A stretch of DNA of 64,000 nt from the human T2T-CHM13v2.0 reference genome, Homo sapiens, in assembly GCF_009914755.1 (NCBI RefSeq), contig NC_060929.1. One strand, 5' to 3'. Every line of letters starts with the position of its first letter. Position 1 is the stretch's first letter. A program made the translations under genes and the position numbers. The notes beneath the pieces were generated by a model. The model was not told the DNA's origin. It did not search any database and saw only the letters and a list, made by a program, of their open reading frames with translations. This document shows positions 50,860 through 64,000 of the stretch, piece by piece.

Positions 50860-51737
50860 GACAGACTAAAGATGGTTGCAAATTGATACTCTTCCTATAG
50901 AGAGATGGACTCTACTTCCTTCTTGTTGAATCTGGGCTGGCCTATGACTGGTTTGACCAATAAAGTATGAAGGAAATCATGCCATTCTGGTTCTGAGGCC
51001 AGGCTTTAAAACAACTACCAGCCTTTTTCTTAGTTGCATGGAGCTCTGAGTCACTATATAAGAAGGTCAGCTACCCTTAGGCTGCCATGCTGTAAGAAGT
51101 TGAGGCCACGTGAAGAGGTCTCACCAAAGTGACAAATATGTGAATTAGGATGACATCTTGAAAATGAAGTCTTTTGGAAACGACACAGGTAAATCATACG
51201 AATTATCCAGACAAACATTACCAGACCCACAAAGTGGGTAACAATAAAATGATTTTTAAACCTCTGAGATATGAGGTAGTTTGATATACAGTTATTTTGT
51301 AGCAAACAATACACAAAACAGTCTGTTTTACATCCTATAAAGGAATACCTGAGGCTAGGTAATTTATAAAGAAAAGAAGTTTATTTGGTTCACAGCTCCA
51401 TGGGCTGTACAAGCATGACACCAGCAACTACTCTGCTTCTGATGGGAACCTCAGGAAGCTTACAATCATGACAGAAGGTGAAGGGGAAGCAGGCATGTCA
51501 CATGGTAAAAGAGGAGTAAGACAGAGGGACAGGAAGTCCTAGAATCTTTTTTTAACAATCAGATCTTGTAGTAACTCATGGCCACAGGGAAGGCACCAAG
51601 CCATTCATAAAGGATATTCTCTCATGACTCAAACACTTCCCATTAGGTCCATCTCCAGCACTGGAGGTCACATTTCTACATGAGATTTGGAGGGAACAAA
51701 ACATGCAAACTATATTAGTTATAGATTACCAAAACAG
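50860..51737 (+). mobile_element. MLT1 (G/H-like) LTR interrupted near its end by MSTB
   Basis: AAGATGGTTGCAAATT..TTGAATCTGGGCTGG..TTTGACCAATA; terminus ATAGATTACCAAAACA after the MST. Confidence 0.7.
51296..51717 (-). mobile_element. MSTB-like MaLR solo LTR
   Basis: CTATAAAGGAATACCTGAGGCT..GGAAGCTTACAATCATG..GAGATTTGGAGGG..AAACTATATTA; 5-bp TSD GTTAT at 51291-51295 and 51718-51722. Confidence 0.82.
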
Positions 51738-52449
51738 TGTATTTAAAGAAGAATTTACCTTTCTTCTTTTCATATCATCATTTTCTAATTTTTCTGCAAT
51801 AATAATGTAATTCTTTAATATACAAATAAATTATAAACTAGAGAAACTATTTTGGTCTAAGTGAAAAACTTGAGACATGACGGATTAATTTCCAGTAGAA
51901 AAGCACTCTACAAAAACAATCAATAAAGTTGGATATGTCTGTATATCTATATGTGCATATCTATTAAATGACCCATTGATGGCTGCAGAAGCAATGAGAA
52001 TTTAAGGACTAAATTTTTACACATCGGAAATTATAGGTATTGAGTTAATGGACTGCAACTATCTGCTCTTTGGGGACATTTGTTGACATTTAACTTATGC
52101 TAGAGGCTGAAAATCTGGGATTGGCCCAGGGACAAGGTTTCTGCTTGGGGAAGGTAAAACCAGGAGCGCTTCTGGCATTACTATGGGAATGAAGCGATAC
52201 ATCTGGAAACTTTGAAGGACCTCAACACACAATTGGTTTTTTCTTCAAGCTATTTGCCAAATGTTGAAGTATAGTGAGGTGACAAAGCTCAGGGACACAC
52301 CATTGAAAACACTGGTGAGAATAGTGAACAGATTACCTGCAGCTGTATTTTCCCTGGGGGATTTCTCCATTTCTGAACACAGAACAGAATTCTAGTCAGC
52401 AAAAACAAAAAGCCAGCAGAAAGGGCATTCTCAATAGAGCTAAAGCAAA

Positions 52450-53775
52450 AAAAAATTAGAATAGATATTCCAAGTAGAAAGCTAACTTTATCACAGTGGA
52501 TAAAAATCAAAAACAAACAATATGTTGCCTATAAGAGACATGCCTTCAGTATGAGAACAACGAAATAGTTAACCTAAAATTGAAAAACATACCATGCATA
52601 CACTAACCAAGGAAAGCTGGATTAGCTATGCTAATATCACACAAGGCAGACTTGAATAACTAGGGAAACAGAATATCTCATCATGATAAAGTGGTAAACA
52701 CAACAAGAAGCTATAACAATTCTAAATCCAGACATTTGTAATAAAATATCTTCAAAAATATTCAAAGTAAAAACTGACGCAACATTAGAAAGAGAAATAG
52801 ACACATTCACAGAATGAAGCCATTAGCACAGTTTCTGTAGTACTTGATATAATAGGCAAACACAAAACATTTCATAAGGACACGTGAATTAGCATTAACT
52901 ACAATTAACAAAACTGATCTATTTGACATATATGTAGAACAGCCCTCAACAGTAACATAATTTATATTATTTTCAGAATTATATCGTGATGAAACTTTAG
53001 CCAAATTTGATACCACACTCTGGGTTATAAAACAGATTTTACCAAATTTTATTAAAATTAAAATTTTTCTTATTTTGTTTTGTGAATAGAGTAAAATTAA
53101 TTTAGACTTCAGTAATAACTCAATACAACCTTTAAAAAACTAGAAAATACCTACTGAAATAAAAGTATAGACAAATAAATTAGAAATAATAAGCCTCTTA
53201 TACATGAAATAGTAAACTTCTAACTCACCCATGGGTCAAAGAACAAAACACAACAGAAATATAAAAATAATATGAACAAAATGATAATCAACTAGTGAGA
53301 TGTAGCAGGACGAAACTAGTGGGATGCAGCAAAATTAGTGCTTAAAAGGAAGTTTAGCCTTAGTACATATACTAGAAGAGAAACAAGCCTAAAAATAAAT
53401 TAATTCAGCTTTTGTCTCAAGAAGCTAGAAATAAACAATCAAACCAGAAAATGTATAAAGAAGGAAATAATAAAGACAAAAACAAATCGGTGAAATAAAA
53501 AAACAAATATTCAGTTAAAAAAATACAAAGCCAAAGGCTGATAGTTTGAAAGGATCAGTAACACTGGGAAACCCCTAGCAAAGCAGAACAAGAAAACAGA
53601 ACGAAAAAGAAAAATTAAAAAGGAGAACACTAAAAAATATGAACATAAATAATTAAAGATATCAATAATATGAAGATACTGAAAATCTTTATAGTAATAA
53701 ATTTGACTGTTTAGATTAAATGGACAAATAATGTTTAAAAACACTGCTCATAAATCATATAAGAAAAAATAAAAT
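52450..53775 (+). mobile_element. Ancient L1M ORF2 (endonuclease region) relic
   Basis: GGAAAGCTGGATTAGCTATGCTAATATC, GTGGGATGCAGCAAAA..GTGCTTAAAGGAAG. Confidence 0.7.
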
Positions 53776-56700
53776 GAGTAGTGACATCAACAAGATGGCA
53801 GATAGAAGCTCCTAGCATTCTTTCTCTCACAAGAAAAAAATAAATGAATTCATTAAATGACTAACAACTATATTTCAACCAAAATAACTAAAGGAGGGTT
53901 CCAGAAAATAGCAAAGAAGCAGTGGAAATATTGTCAAGCCAAGAAATTCAGAATGGCCTCAAAGGAAAGCGAAAGAAACACCTGGCCTCAGCCACCCCAT
54001 TGGCAGTGAGCATCAACTCAGAACTAGGGGAGACTCTTTCATGCAGGGAAATGGTAAGCAAGAGGACATGAGCAGCTCCCATCACCGCCGCAGCCACCTT
54101 AGTCTTTACTACTGGAGACTCCTGCAGTCTCACAGGCTTTGAGTCCAGCTGATGGAGCTTCCCAGAGTCCATACCCTGAGCTACCTCCAGAGAAAGAGCC
54201 TGTATTGTGCCCTCTTCCATGCCCCTAGCTGCTACTGCACTGCACCATCTTGGAACCAGAGTCACTGTATGTGGGCATCCTGCTCCCAGGGCAATAGACA
54301 TTGCATCCCTCCATCTCTGAGGCTTTGCTGCCACTGCAACATGCCCACCCAATAGTGTGCAGCCCTGAGCCAACTGCTGCTATGACCTATCAGCTCAGAA
54401 TAAGCTACTACAGAGTGATTTTATCCTCCTCATCTAGTTGCTGGTACAATTTCCCCTTAGGGCCAAACTGAAGTGGTAGCTCACCCCCAGGAGACTTCAG
54501 GCCTCCAGCAGAGTGGAGCAGTTGATCCCCCTACTCAGTGTCACAGGTGAGGAAGCACCTAATCCCCAGGGACCCTAAGCCTGTGGCACATCACAGCAGC
54601 TGCATCTCCCACTACCATAGCCTTCTCCCCTAAGGATGTGGAGGTTTCACTGACCCATGTAGCCATGCTTTCTGGAGCTAAGCAGGCATAGCACATTATA
54701 TCCCAGGAATTAGAGCCTTGGCTGAACCGTGCCACCTCACCTTCCATGCTGAACTGCCACAATGCCCCACATACCTGGAACTGAACAAGCTCCCTGCAAT
54801 GTGAGCTGCTGTGGCAACTTGCATCTCCAGAAAGTGGAGGCATTGCTATGCTACTCTCCACTCCCCATGGCCCAAGCCCCAGCAGCGTCTTGCCATTTCT
54901 GAGTCCTTGTTGCTGTTGTACCTGGCCTCACAAAGCCTAGCCTAGCGCCATGTCCCACTATCTCAAGATCTGGAGTCACCATTGTGTGCTAACTCATCAG
55001 CCAGATCCCAAGTTGCTGCTATGCTCCATTAGTTCTGGGCCACAATTGCATCTGTGCCCTGCTCCTCAGGAGCCGAGTCTCCAGAGCACCTCTTCTTCCC
55101 TAGAGCCTTGCCAGTGCTGCACCTTGCCCTCCAGGGTCAGAACCATAGCAACATTCCTGCTCCAAGGCAAAATATTCTAGGGTATGTCTCAGAGCAACAA
55201 ATACTGGATTAGTGAAAGGACTGCATCCTGTGTTTTGGAAAATGAACCTGCGCCTCAAGTCCCAGGTACTACAGTAGTTTTGCAAGATCCTGAGCCCAGG
55301 AATCTAGCTCCACAGCCTCTCTAGGCACCTGTGCCCTGACTTTTCATGGTGCCATGGCTGCCTGTGGATTGTGTCAAACATGATTCCTTCAGCTAAACAC
55401 AATAGAGAGATTCCCTCTGCTAAACACAATAATTCTCCAGTAAGTGATGCCCAAAAAATGAAAATTTACAAATTTACAAATTGAGTGTAGATCAAACAGA
55501 AGAAAGAATCTGTGAACTAGAAGATAACTCTTTTAAAGCAATTCAATCACAGGGTAAAAGAATAAAAAGAATGAAGATAGCCTATGGGATTTATGGGGCA
55601 CCATTAACAAATTTTCATATTACAGCAGTTTTAAAAGAGGAAAAGACAGAGAAAGAGGCAGAAAGTTTCTTTAACAAAATAATTGCTGAAAACTTCTCAA
55701 GTCTTGAAAGAAATATGGGCAACCAGATCCATGAGGATCAAAAGTCCAAAAACAGATACAACTAAAGAGGTTCTCTCTGAGGCATATTATAATAAAACTG
55801 TCAAAATCAAAAGACAAAGAGATAATTTAAAAGGAAAAAGAAAAGCATCAAGTCACATGTAACGGAATCACAGTAATATTATCATTGAATTTCTCAGGGG
55901 AAATCTTATAGGCCAGAAAAAATGGGATGGTATATTCAAAGTTATGAAAGAAAATAATTGTCAGCCAAGAATACTATATCCAGCAGGACTGTCCTTCAGA
56001 AATGGAGGAGAATAAAGTCTTTCCCAAATAAGCAAAAGCTAAAGAAATTTGTTACCATTAGACCGGTCCTATAAGAAATGCTTCAAGGAGCTCTTCAAAG
56101 GAAACTAAAGGATGATAATTACTATCATGAATACATATGAAAGTATAAAAGTCACTGGTACATACAGAGAGTTTATATTTAACTCAGAAATAAAGTCAAA
56201 TCCAGAATATTCAGTACTGAAATAATGGTATATAAATTATACATATCCCTAGTATGACAGCTAAAAGTCAAAACAGTTAAAAATAACAAAAGTTATAACA
56301 AGTTGTTAAGGATTAAACATATAAAAATACACAAATTGTAACATCAAAAACGTAAGTTGTGTGTGAGGGAGTGGAAGTCTAGAGTTTTTGTACGTGAAGA
56401 AGTCGAGTTGTCATCAGCTTTAAATAGTTGATAACAAAATATTTTATGTAAGCCTCAGGGTAATCACAAAAAAAACTATAGAAGATATACAAACAATAAT
56501 GAGAAAGTAATGAAATCTTAACAATTCAGAATATTATCAAATCACAAAGGCAGACAACAAGAGAGAAAGAAAAGAGCAGAAGAGATACAAAACAACCAAA
56601 AACAAATAACCAAATGGCAATAGGGAGTCCTTATCTATCACTAATGACCTTGAATGTAAATGGATTAAATTCTCCAATCAAAAAACAGAGTGGCTGAATT

Positions 56701-57101
56701 AATGTTTTTTAAAAATAAGAGCCAACTACATGTTGACTAAAAGAGACCCACTTGAGCTCTAAGAACACACATAGGCTGAAAGCGAAGGGATGAAAGAAGA
56801 TATTCAATGCAATTGGTAACCAAAAGAGAGCAGGCTAACTATGCTTATAAATGAGAAAACAGACTTCAAGTCACAAAGTGTTAAAAGAGACAAAGAAGGT
56901 CATTATTTCAATGAGTGAATCCAAGAGAATATAACCACTGTAAATATCTATGGCACAACATCAGAGCATCTAAATACACAAAGCAAATATTAATGGATAT
57001 GAAGGGAGAAATAAACTGCAATGCGACAGTAGGGAACTTCAATATTCCATTCAACAATGGACAGATCAACTAGAGAGAAGGTCCATAAGTAAATACTGAA
57101 A

Positions 57102-57416
57102 TTTTTTTTTTTTCTTTTTGAGAAGGAGTCTCACTCTGTCACCCAGGCTGGAGTGCAGTGGCGCGATCTCGGCTCACTGCAAGCTCAGCCTCCCTGCAAG
57201 CTCAGCCTCCCAGGTTCATGCCATTCTCCTGCCTCAGCCTCCCAAGTCGCTCGAACGACAGGTGCCTGCCACCACACCTGGCTAATTTTTTGTATTTTTA
57301 GAAGAGACAGGTTTCACTGTGTTAGCCAGGATGGTCTCGATCTCCTGACCTCGTGATCCGCCTGCCTCAGCCTCCCAAAGTGCTGGCATTACAGGCATGA
57401 GCCACCGCTCCCAGCC
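57102..57416 (-). mobile_element. AluY with 17-bp internal tandem duplication
   Basis: 14-bp TSD AAGTAAATACTGAA at 57087-57100 and 57417-57430; CTGCAAGCTCAGCCTCC x2 at 57177-57210. Confidence 0.92.
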
Positions 57417-58062
57417 AAGTAAATACTGAACTTTAATTGTACTTTTGAACAAATGGACCTAACACAAATACAAGACTTCCCATTTAACAACAGTAGAATA
57501 CATATTTTTTTCCAGCACACGTAGAATATTTTTTAGGCTAGATCGTATGTTAAATTTGTTAAACCAAGTCTTAACACATTTAAGAAGATTGAAATTACAT
57601 ATATCATTATTTCAGGCCACTTTGGTAGAAAACTGGAAATCAACAGAAGGAATTTTGGAAAATTCATAAATACGTGGAAATTGAACAGTATACATCTGAA
57701 CAACAAATGGATCAAATAAGAAATTAAAAGGGAAATTTTAACATATCTTGAGACAAACAGCAATGGAAACACAACATAACAAAATTTATGGAATACAGCA
57801 AAAGAATTTCTAAGAAGAAAGTTTATAGCAATAACTGCTTACATTAAAAAAGAAAGATATTAAATCAATAGTCTAACATTATGTCTCAAGGAAATAGAAA
57901 ACACAACAAACTAAACCTAAAATTAGCAGAAGGAAGGAAATAATAAAAACGAGAACAAAAATAAGTCAAATAGAGAACAGAAAAAACACAGAAATAATAA
58001 AACTGAGTTAGTTTTATGAAAAATTAAATGGGCAAATCTTCAATTAGTCTAAGAAAAAGAGA

Positions 58063-58622
58063 AGGAAAAATGGCAGATAAGTAACAGGAATAAGGTGCAC
58101 CTCCTGCTAAGATAGACAGAACAGCATCAGGAGACTCACATTGTGAACTTTTGCTCTATGAACCACCACAGGAACATACCAGGAAAACCAAAAGAATTCA
58201 CAGATCCTTTGAAAGCAGTGGCTTGCCGCTGCAAACACTCCAAGACAGCTAAAAACCTGTGAGCTCCCAAAGTGTGAGGGGGAAAAGTAGTCCTCTGAAC
58301 ACAAATCCCCACTGGGAAACCTGAAAATCCAGATCATGGAAGGATTTAACCTTACCTAGAGCTAAAATGGATTTACAGAGCCAAGCTAAATATAAAAGTA
58401 GAAGCAGCAGCAGGAAGAGCCCTCTAGGCACTCCTGGTCCTCAGCTCAAGCACAGGGAGGCCATATCTGGTCTTATCTCACAGAGGTCCTTGGGGAAAAG
58501 AAGGCAACCAGCAGAATTGGGGAGGGTCCACAGAGTGAAGGAAGCTCCTAGCTGAACTTCGTAATAAGTTCGACTGAATATATATATATCTCATGCCAAT
58601 GGAAGGAAATTAGTCCTAATTT

Positions 58623-58678
<56 letters not shown>

Positions 58679-59043
58679 ATGGAACACTACTCACCCATAC
58701 AAAGGAATGAAATAATGGCATTTGTGGCAATCTAGATGTAGCTGGAGACCATTATTCTAAGTGAAGTAGCTGAGCAATGGGAAATCAAATGTTGCATGTT
58801 CTCACTTGTAAGTGAGAGCTAAGCTATGAGGACACAAAGGCATAAGAATGATAAACAAACTTTGGGAACTTGGGGTGGGGGAGGGATGGGAAGGGGATGA
58901 GGGATAAAAGACTATACACTAGATACAGAGTATGTTGCTTGAGTGATGGGTGCACCAAAATCTCAGAAATTACCCACTGAAGAAATTTTCCATCCAACTA
59001 AACACCACCTTTTCCCCCAAAACTATTTAAATAAAAATAAAAA
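58063..59043 (+). mobile_element. L1PB (PB3/4-like) with 5'UTR fused to the 3' end
   Basis: 5'UTR AAATGGCAGATA..GAGACTCACATTGTGAACTTTTGCTC to about 58577; (TA)n(CA)n; 3' end GCTAAGCTATGAGG..CACCAAAATCTCAGAAAT..AAAACTATT plus A tail. Confidence 0.82.
58623..58676. repeat. (TA)n(CA)n microsatellite
   Basis: About (TA)7(CA)20 read directly. Confidence 0.95.
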
Positions 59044-59047
59044 TTAA

Positions 59048-59531
<484 letters not shown>

Positions 59532-61558
59532 AATAAAAACTGTTAACAGTTTAGGTAAACAAAGAAATTTCTTCAACATAATAAAGGCCATTTATGAAAA
59601 CTCTACAACTAACATTATAATCAATGGGGAAAAACTAAAAGCTTTTCCACGAAGACCTGGTACAAGGCAAGGATGTCTACTCTTGCCACTTGTGTTCAAC
59701 ATACTACTGGAAGTCCCAGAAAGAGCAATCACATTAGAAAAAATAGACAAAAGGGCATTCAAATCAAAAAGAAGGAATTAAAACTATCTGTATTTGTAGA
59801 TGACATGATTCTTTATGTATAAAACTGCAAGGATTTCACACAAAAAAACTGCTAGAACTAGTAAGCGAATTAACTAAAGCTGCAGAATACAAAACTAACA
59901 CAAAAAAATCAGCAGCATTTTAATACACAAATAATGACTTAGCTGAAAAAGAAATCAATCAAACAATCCCACTTACAATAGCAACCAAAAATTTTTTTAG
60001 AAATACATTTAACCAAGGAGGAGAGAGACCTGTACACTGAAAACTGTAAAGCACTGTTAAAAGAAATTAAAGATGACATAAATAAACGTACAGGAAATGT
60101 ATCTTGTTCTCATGGATTGGAAGAATATTGTTAAAATATTCATACTACCCAAAGCAATAAACAGATTCAAAGCAATTCCTATCAAAATCTCAATGACATT
60201 CTCCACAGAAATAGAAAAGCAATCCTAAAGTTTACATGGAAGCATAAAATGTTTGGCCAAATGGCCAAAACAATTCTGAGAAAGAAAAACAAAGTTGTAG
60301 GCATAGCACTGATTTAAAACTATATTACAAAGCTATAGTAATCAAAACAGTATCATACTGGCATAAAAAAAGACACAAAGATGAGTAGAATAGGACAGAG
60401 ACCCAGAAATAAAACCAAACATATATGGTCAACTTTTTTTTTTTTTTTACCAGAACACCAAGAGGATACATGGAGGATTATCTTTTCAACAAATGGTGCT
60501 GGCAAAACTGGATTTCCACATGCAAAAGAATGAAATTGGACCCTTACCTTGTATCATACAAAAAAATCAACTCAAAATGGAATGCAGATTTAAATATAAG
60601 ATCAGAAACTATGAAACTCCTACAAGAGAACACAGGGGAAAATCATCTGAACACTGGCCTCAGCAATGATTTTTTTTATACCATACTAAAAACTCAGGCA
60701 ACAATAACAAAAATAAAAATATGGAACTACAACAAATTAAAAAGCATCTGTACAAGAAAGGAAACAACAAAATGAAACAGTCTACAGATTAGGAAAAAAT
60801 ATTTGCAAATTCTGTATCTGATGAAAGGTTAATATCCACAATTCATAGATAACACATACAATTCAATAATAAAAAAAAAATTTAAATGGGCAAAAGACCT
60901 GAATAGACATTTCTCCAAAGAAGACAAAAAAAAAATGGCCAACAGTTATATAAAAGGTGTTCCATATCATTAATCAAGGAAATGCAAACCAAACCACTGT
61001 GAGCTGTCACCTCACACTTGTTAGGGGGACTACTATCAAAAAGTCAAGAGATTCGTTCCAAGATGGCTGAATAGGAGCAGCTCTGGTCTGCAGCTCCCAG
61101 CATGATTGATGCAGAAGACGGGTGATTTCTGCATTTCCATCTGGGCTCTGAAGAGAGCAGTGGTTCTCCCAACATGGTGTTTGAGCTCTGAGAACGAACA
61201 GACTGCCTCCTCAAGTGGGTCGCTGACCCCCATGTAGCCTAACTGGGGGACACTTCTCAGTAGGGGCCAACAGACACCTCACATAGGTGGGTGCCCCTCT
61301 GGGACGAAGCTTCCAGAGGAAGGATCAGGCAGCAATATTTGCTGTTCTGCAGCCTCTGCTGGTAATACCCAGGCAAAAAGGGTCTGGAGTGGACCTCCAG
61401 CAAGCTCCAGCAGATCAGCAGCTGAGGGTCCTGACTGTTAGAAGGAAAACAACAAACAGAAAGGAATAGCATCATCATCAACAAAAAGGACATCTACACC
61501 AAAACCCCATCTGTAGGTCACCAACATCAAAGACCAAAGGTAGATAAAAACCACAAAG

Positions 61559-62579
61559 ATGGGGAGAAACCACAGCAGAAAAGCAGAAAATTCTAAAAAT
61601 CAGAGCGCCTCTTCTCCTCCAAAGGATTGCAGCTCCTTGCCAGCAATGGAACAAAGCTGGATGGAGAATGACTTTGGAGTTAACAGAAGTAGGCTTCAGA
61701 AGGTAGGTAATAACAGACTTCTCCAAGCTAAAGGAGCATATTCAAACCCATCATAAGGAAGCTAAAAACCTTGAAAAAAGGTTAGACGAATGGCTAACTG
61801 GAACAAACAGTGTAGACAAGAACTTAAATGACCTTATGGAGCTGAAAACTATGGCATGAGAACTTTGTGATGCATGCACAAGCTTCAATAGCTGACTCGA
61901 TCAAGTGGAAGAAAGGATATCGGTGATTGAAGATCAAATTAATGAAATAAAACAAGAAAACAAGGTTAGAGAAAAAAGAGTAAAAAAAAACAAAGCCTCC
62001 AAGAAATATGGGACTATGTGAAAAGACCAAATCCACATCTGATGGGTGTACCAGAAAGTGATGGGGAGAATGGAACAAAGTTGGAAAACACTCTTCAGGA
62101 TATTATCCAGGAGAACTTCCCCGACCTAGCAAGGCAGGCCAACATTCAAATTCAGGAAATACAGAGAACACCACAAAGATATTCCTCCAGAAGAGCAACC
62201 CCAAGACACATAATTGTCAGAAAAACCAAGGTTGAAATGAAGGAAAAAATGTTAAGGGCAGCCAGAGAGAAAAAGTCGGGTCACCCACAAAGGGAAACCC
62301 ATCAGACTAACAGTGGATCTCTCGGCAGAAACCCTGCAAGCCAGAAGAGAGTGGGGGCCAATATTCAACATTCTTAAAGAAAAGAATTTTCAAACCAGAA
62401 TTTCATATCCAGCCAAACTAAGCTTCATAAGTGAAGGAGAAATAAAATCCTTTATAGGCAAGGAAATGCTGAGAGATTTTGTCACCACCAGGCCTGCCTT
62501 ACAAGAGCTCCTGAAGGAAGCACGAAACACGGAATGAAACCACCAGTACCAGCCACTGCAAAAACATGTCAAATTGTAG
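61559..62579 (+). pseudogene. Disrupted L1 ORF1p
   Basis: Fragments 61559-61756, 62018-62377, 62313-62537; frameshifts and stops. Confidence 0.85.
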
Positions 62580-62642
62580 AGACCATCAATGCTATGAAGA
62601 AACTGCATCAATTAACGGGCAAAATAATCAGCTAACATCATA

Positions 62643-64000
<1,358 letters not shown>

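Overview
Repeat-rich, AT-rich primate genomic DNA, almost certainly human because it carries the young subfamilies AluYa5 and AluYg6. I recognise no protein-coding exon, RNA gene or CpG island. The ORFs I can identify are decayed L1 ORF1/ORF2, Alu, LTR or microsatellite translations. The window holds about 17 Alus, about 10 LINE-1 pieces (mostly + strand), L2/MIR relics, solo LTRs (THE1D, MLT1, MER61, LTR9, LTR12, MER11, MSTB) and DNA-transposon relics (MER94, MER82, MER20, MER53). The main interest is retrotransposition and repair archaeology: (i) an L1PA7 with a twin-primed 5' inversion and a ~290 bp 3' transduction, sharing a triplicated target site with an Alu and hosting AluYg6 and MER11; (ii) an L1PA6/7 with a precisely spliced 5'UTR (SpIRE97/622 type); (iii) a fold-back templated-insertion scar at 44.7 kb; (iv) two L1PB elements whose large deletions end at their (TA)n tract; (v) potentially regulatory LTR12 and LTR9 copies. 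I found no evidence of a new gene system. Subfamily names come from remembered consensus sequences, not a database search, and boundaries of old elements are approximate.
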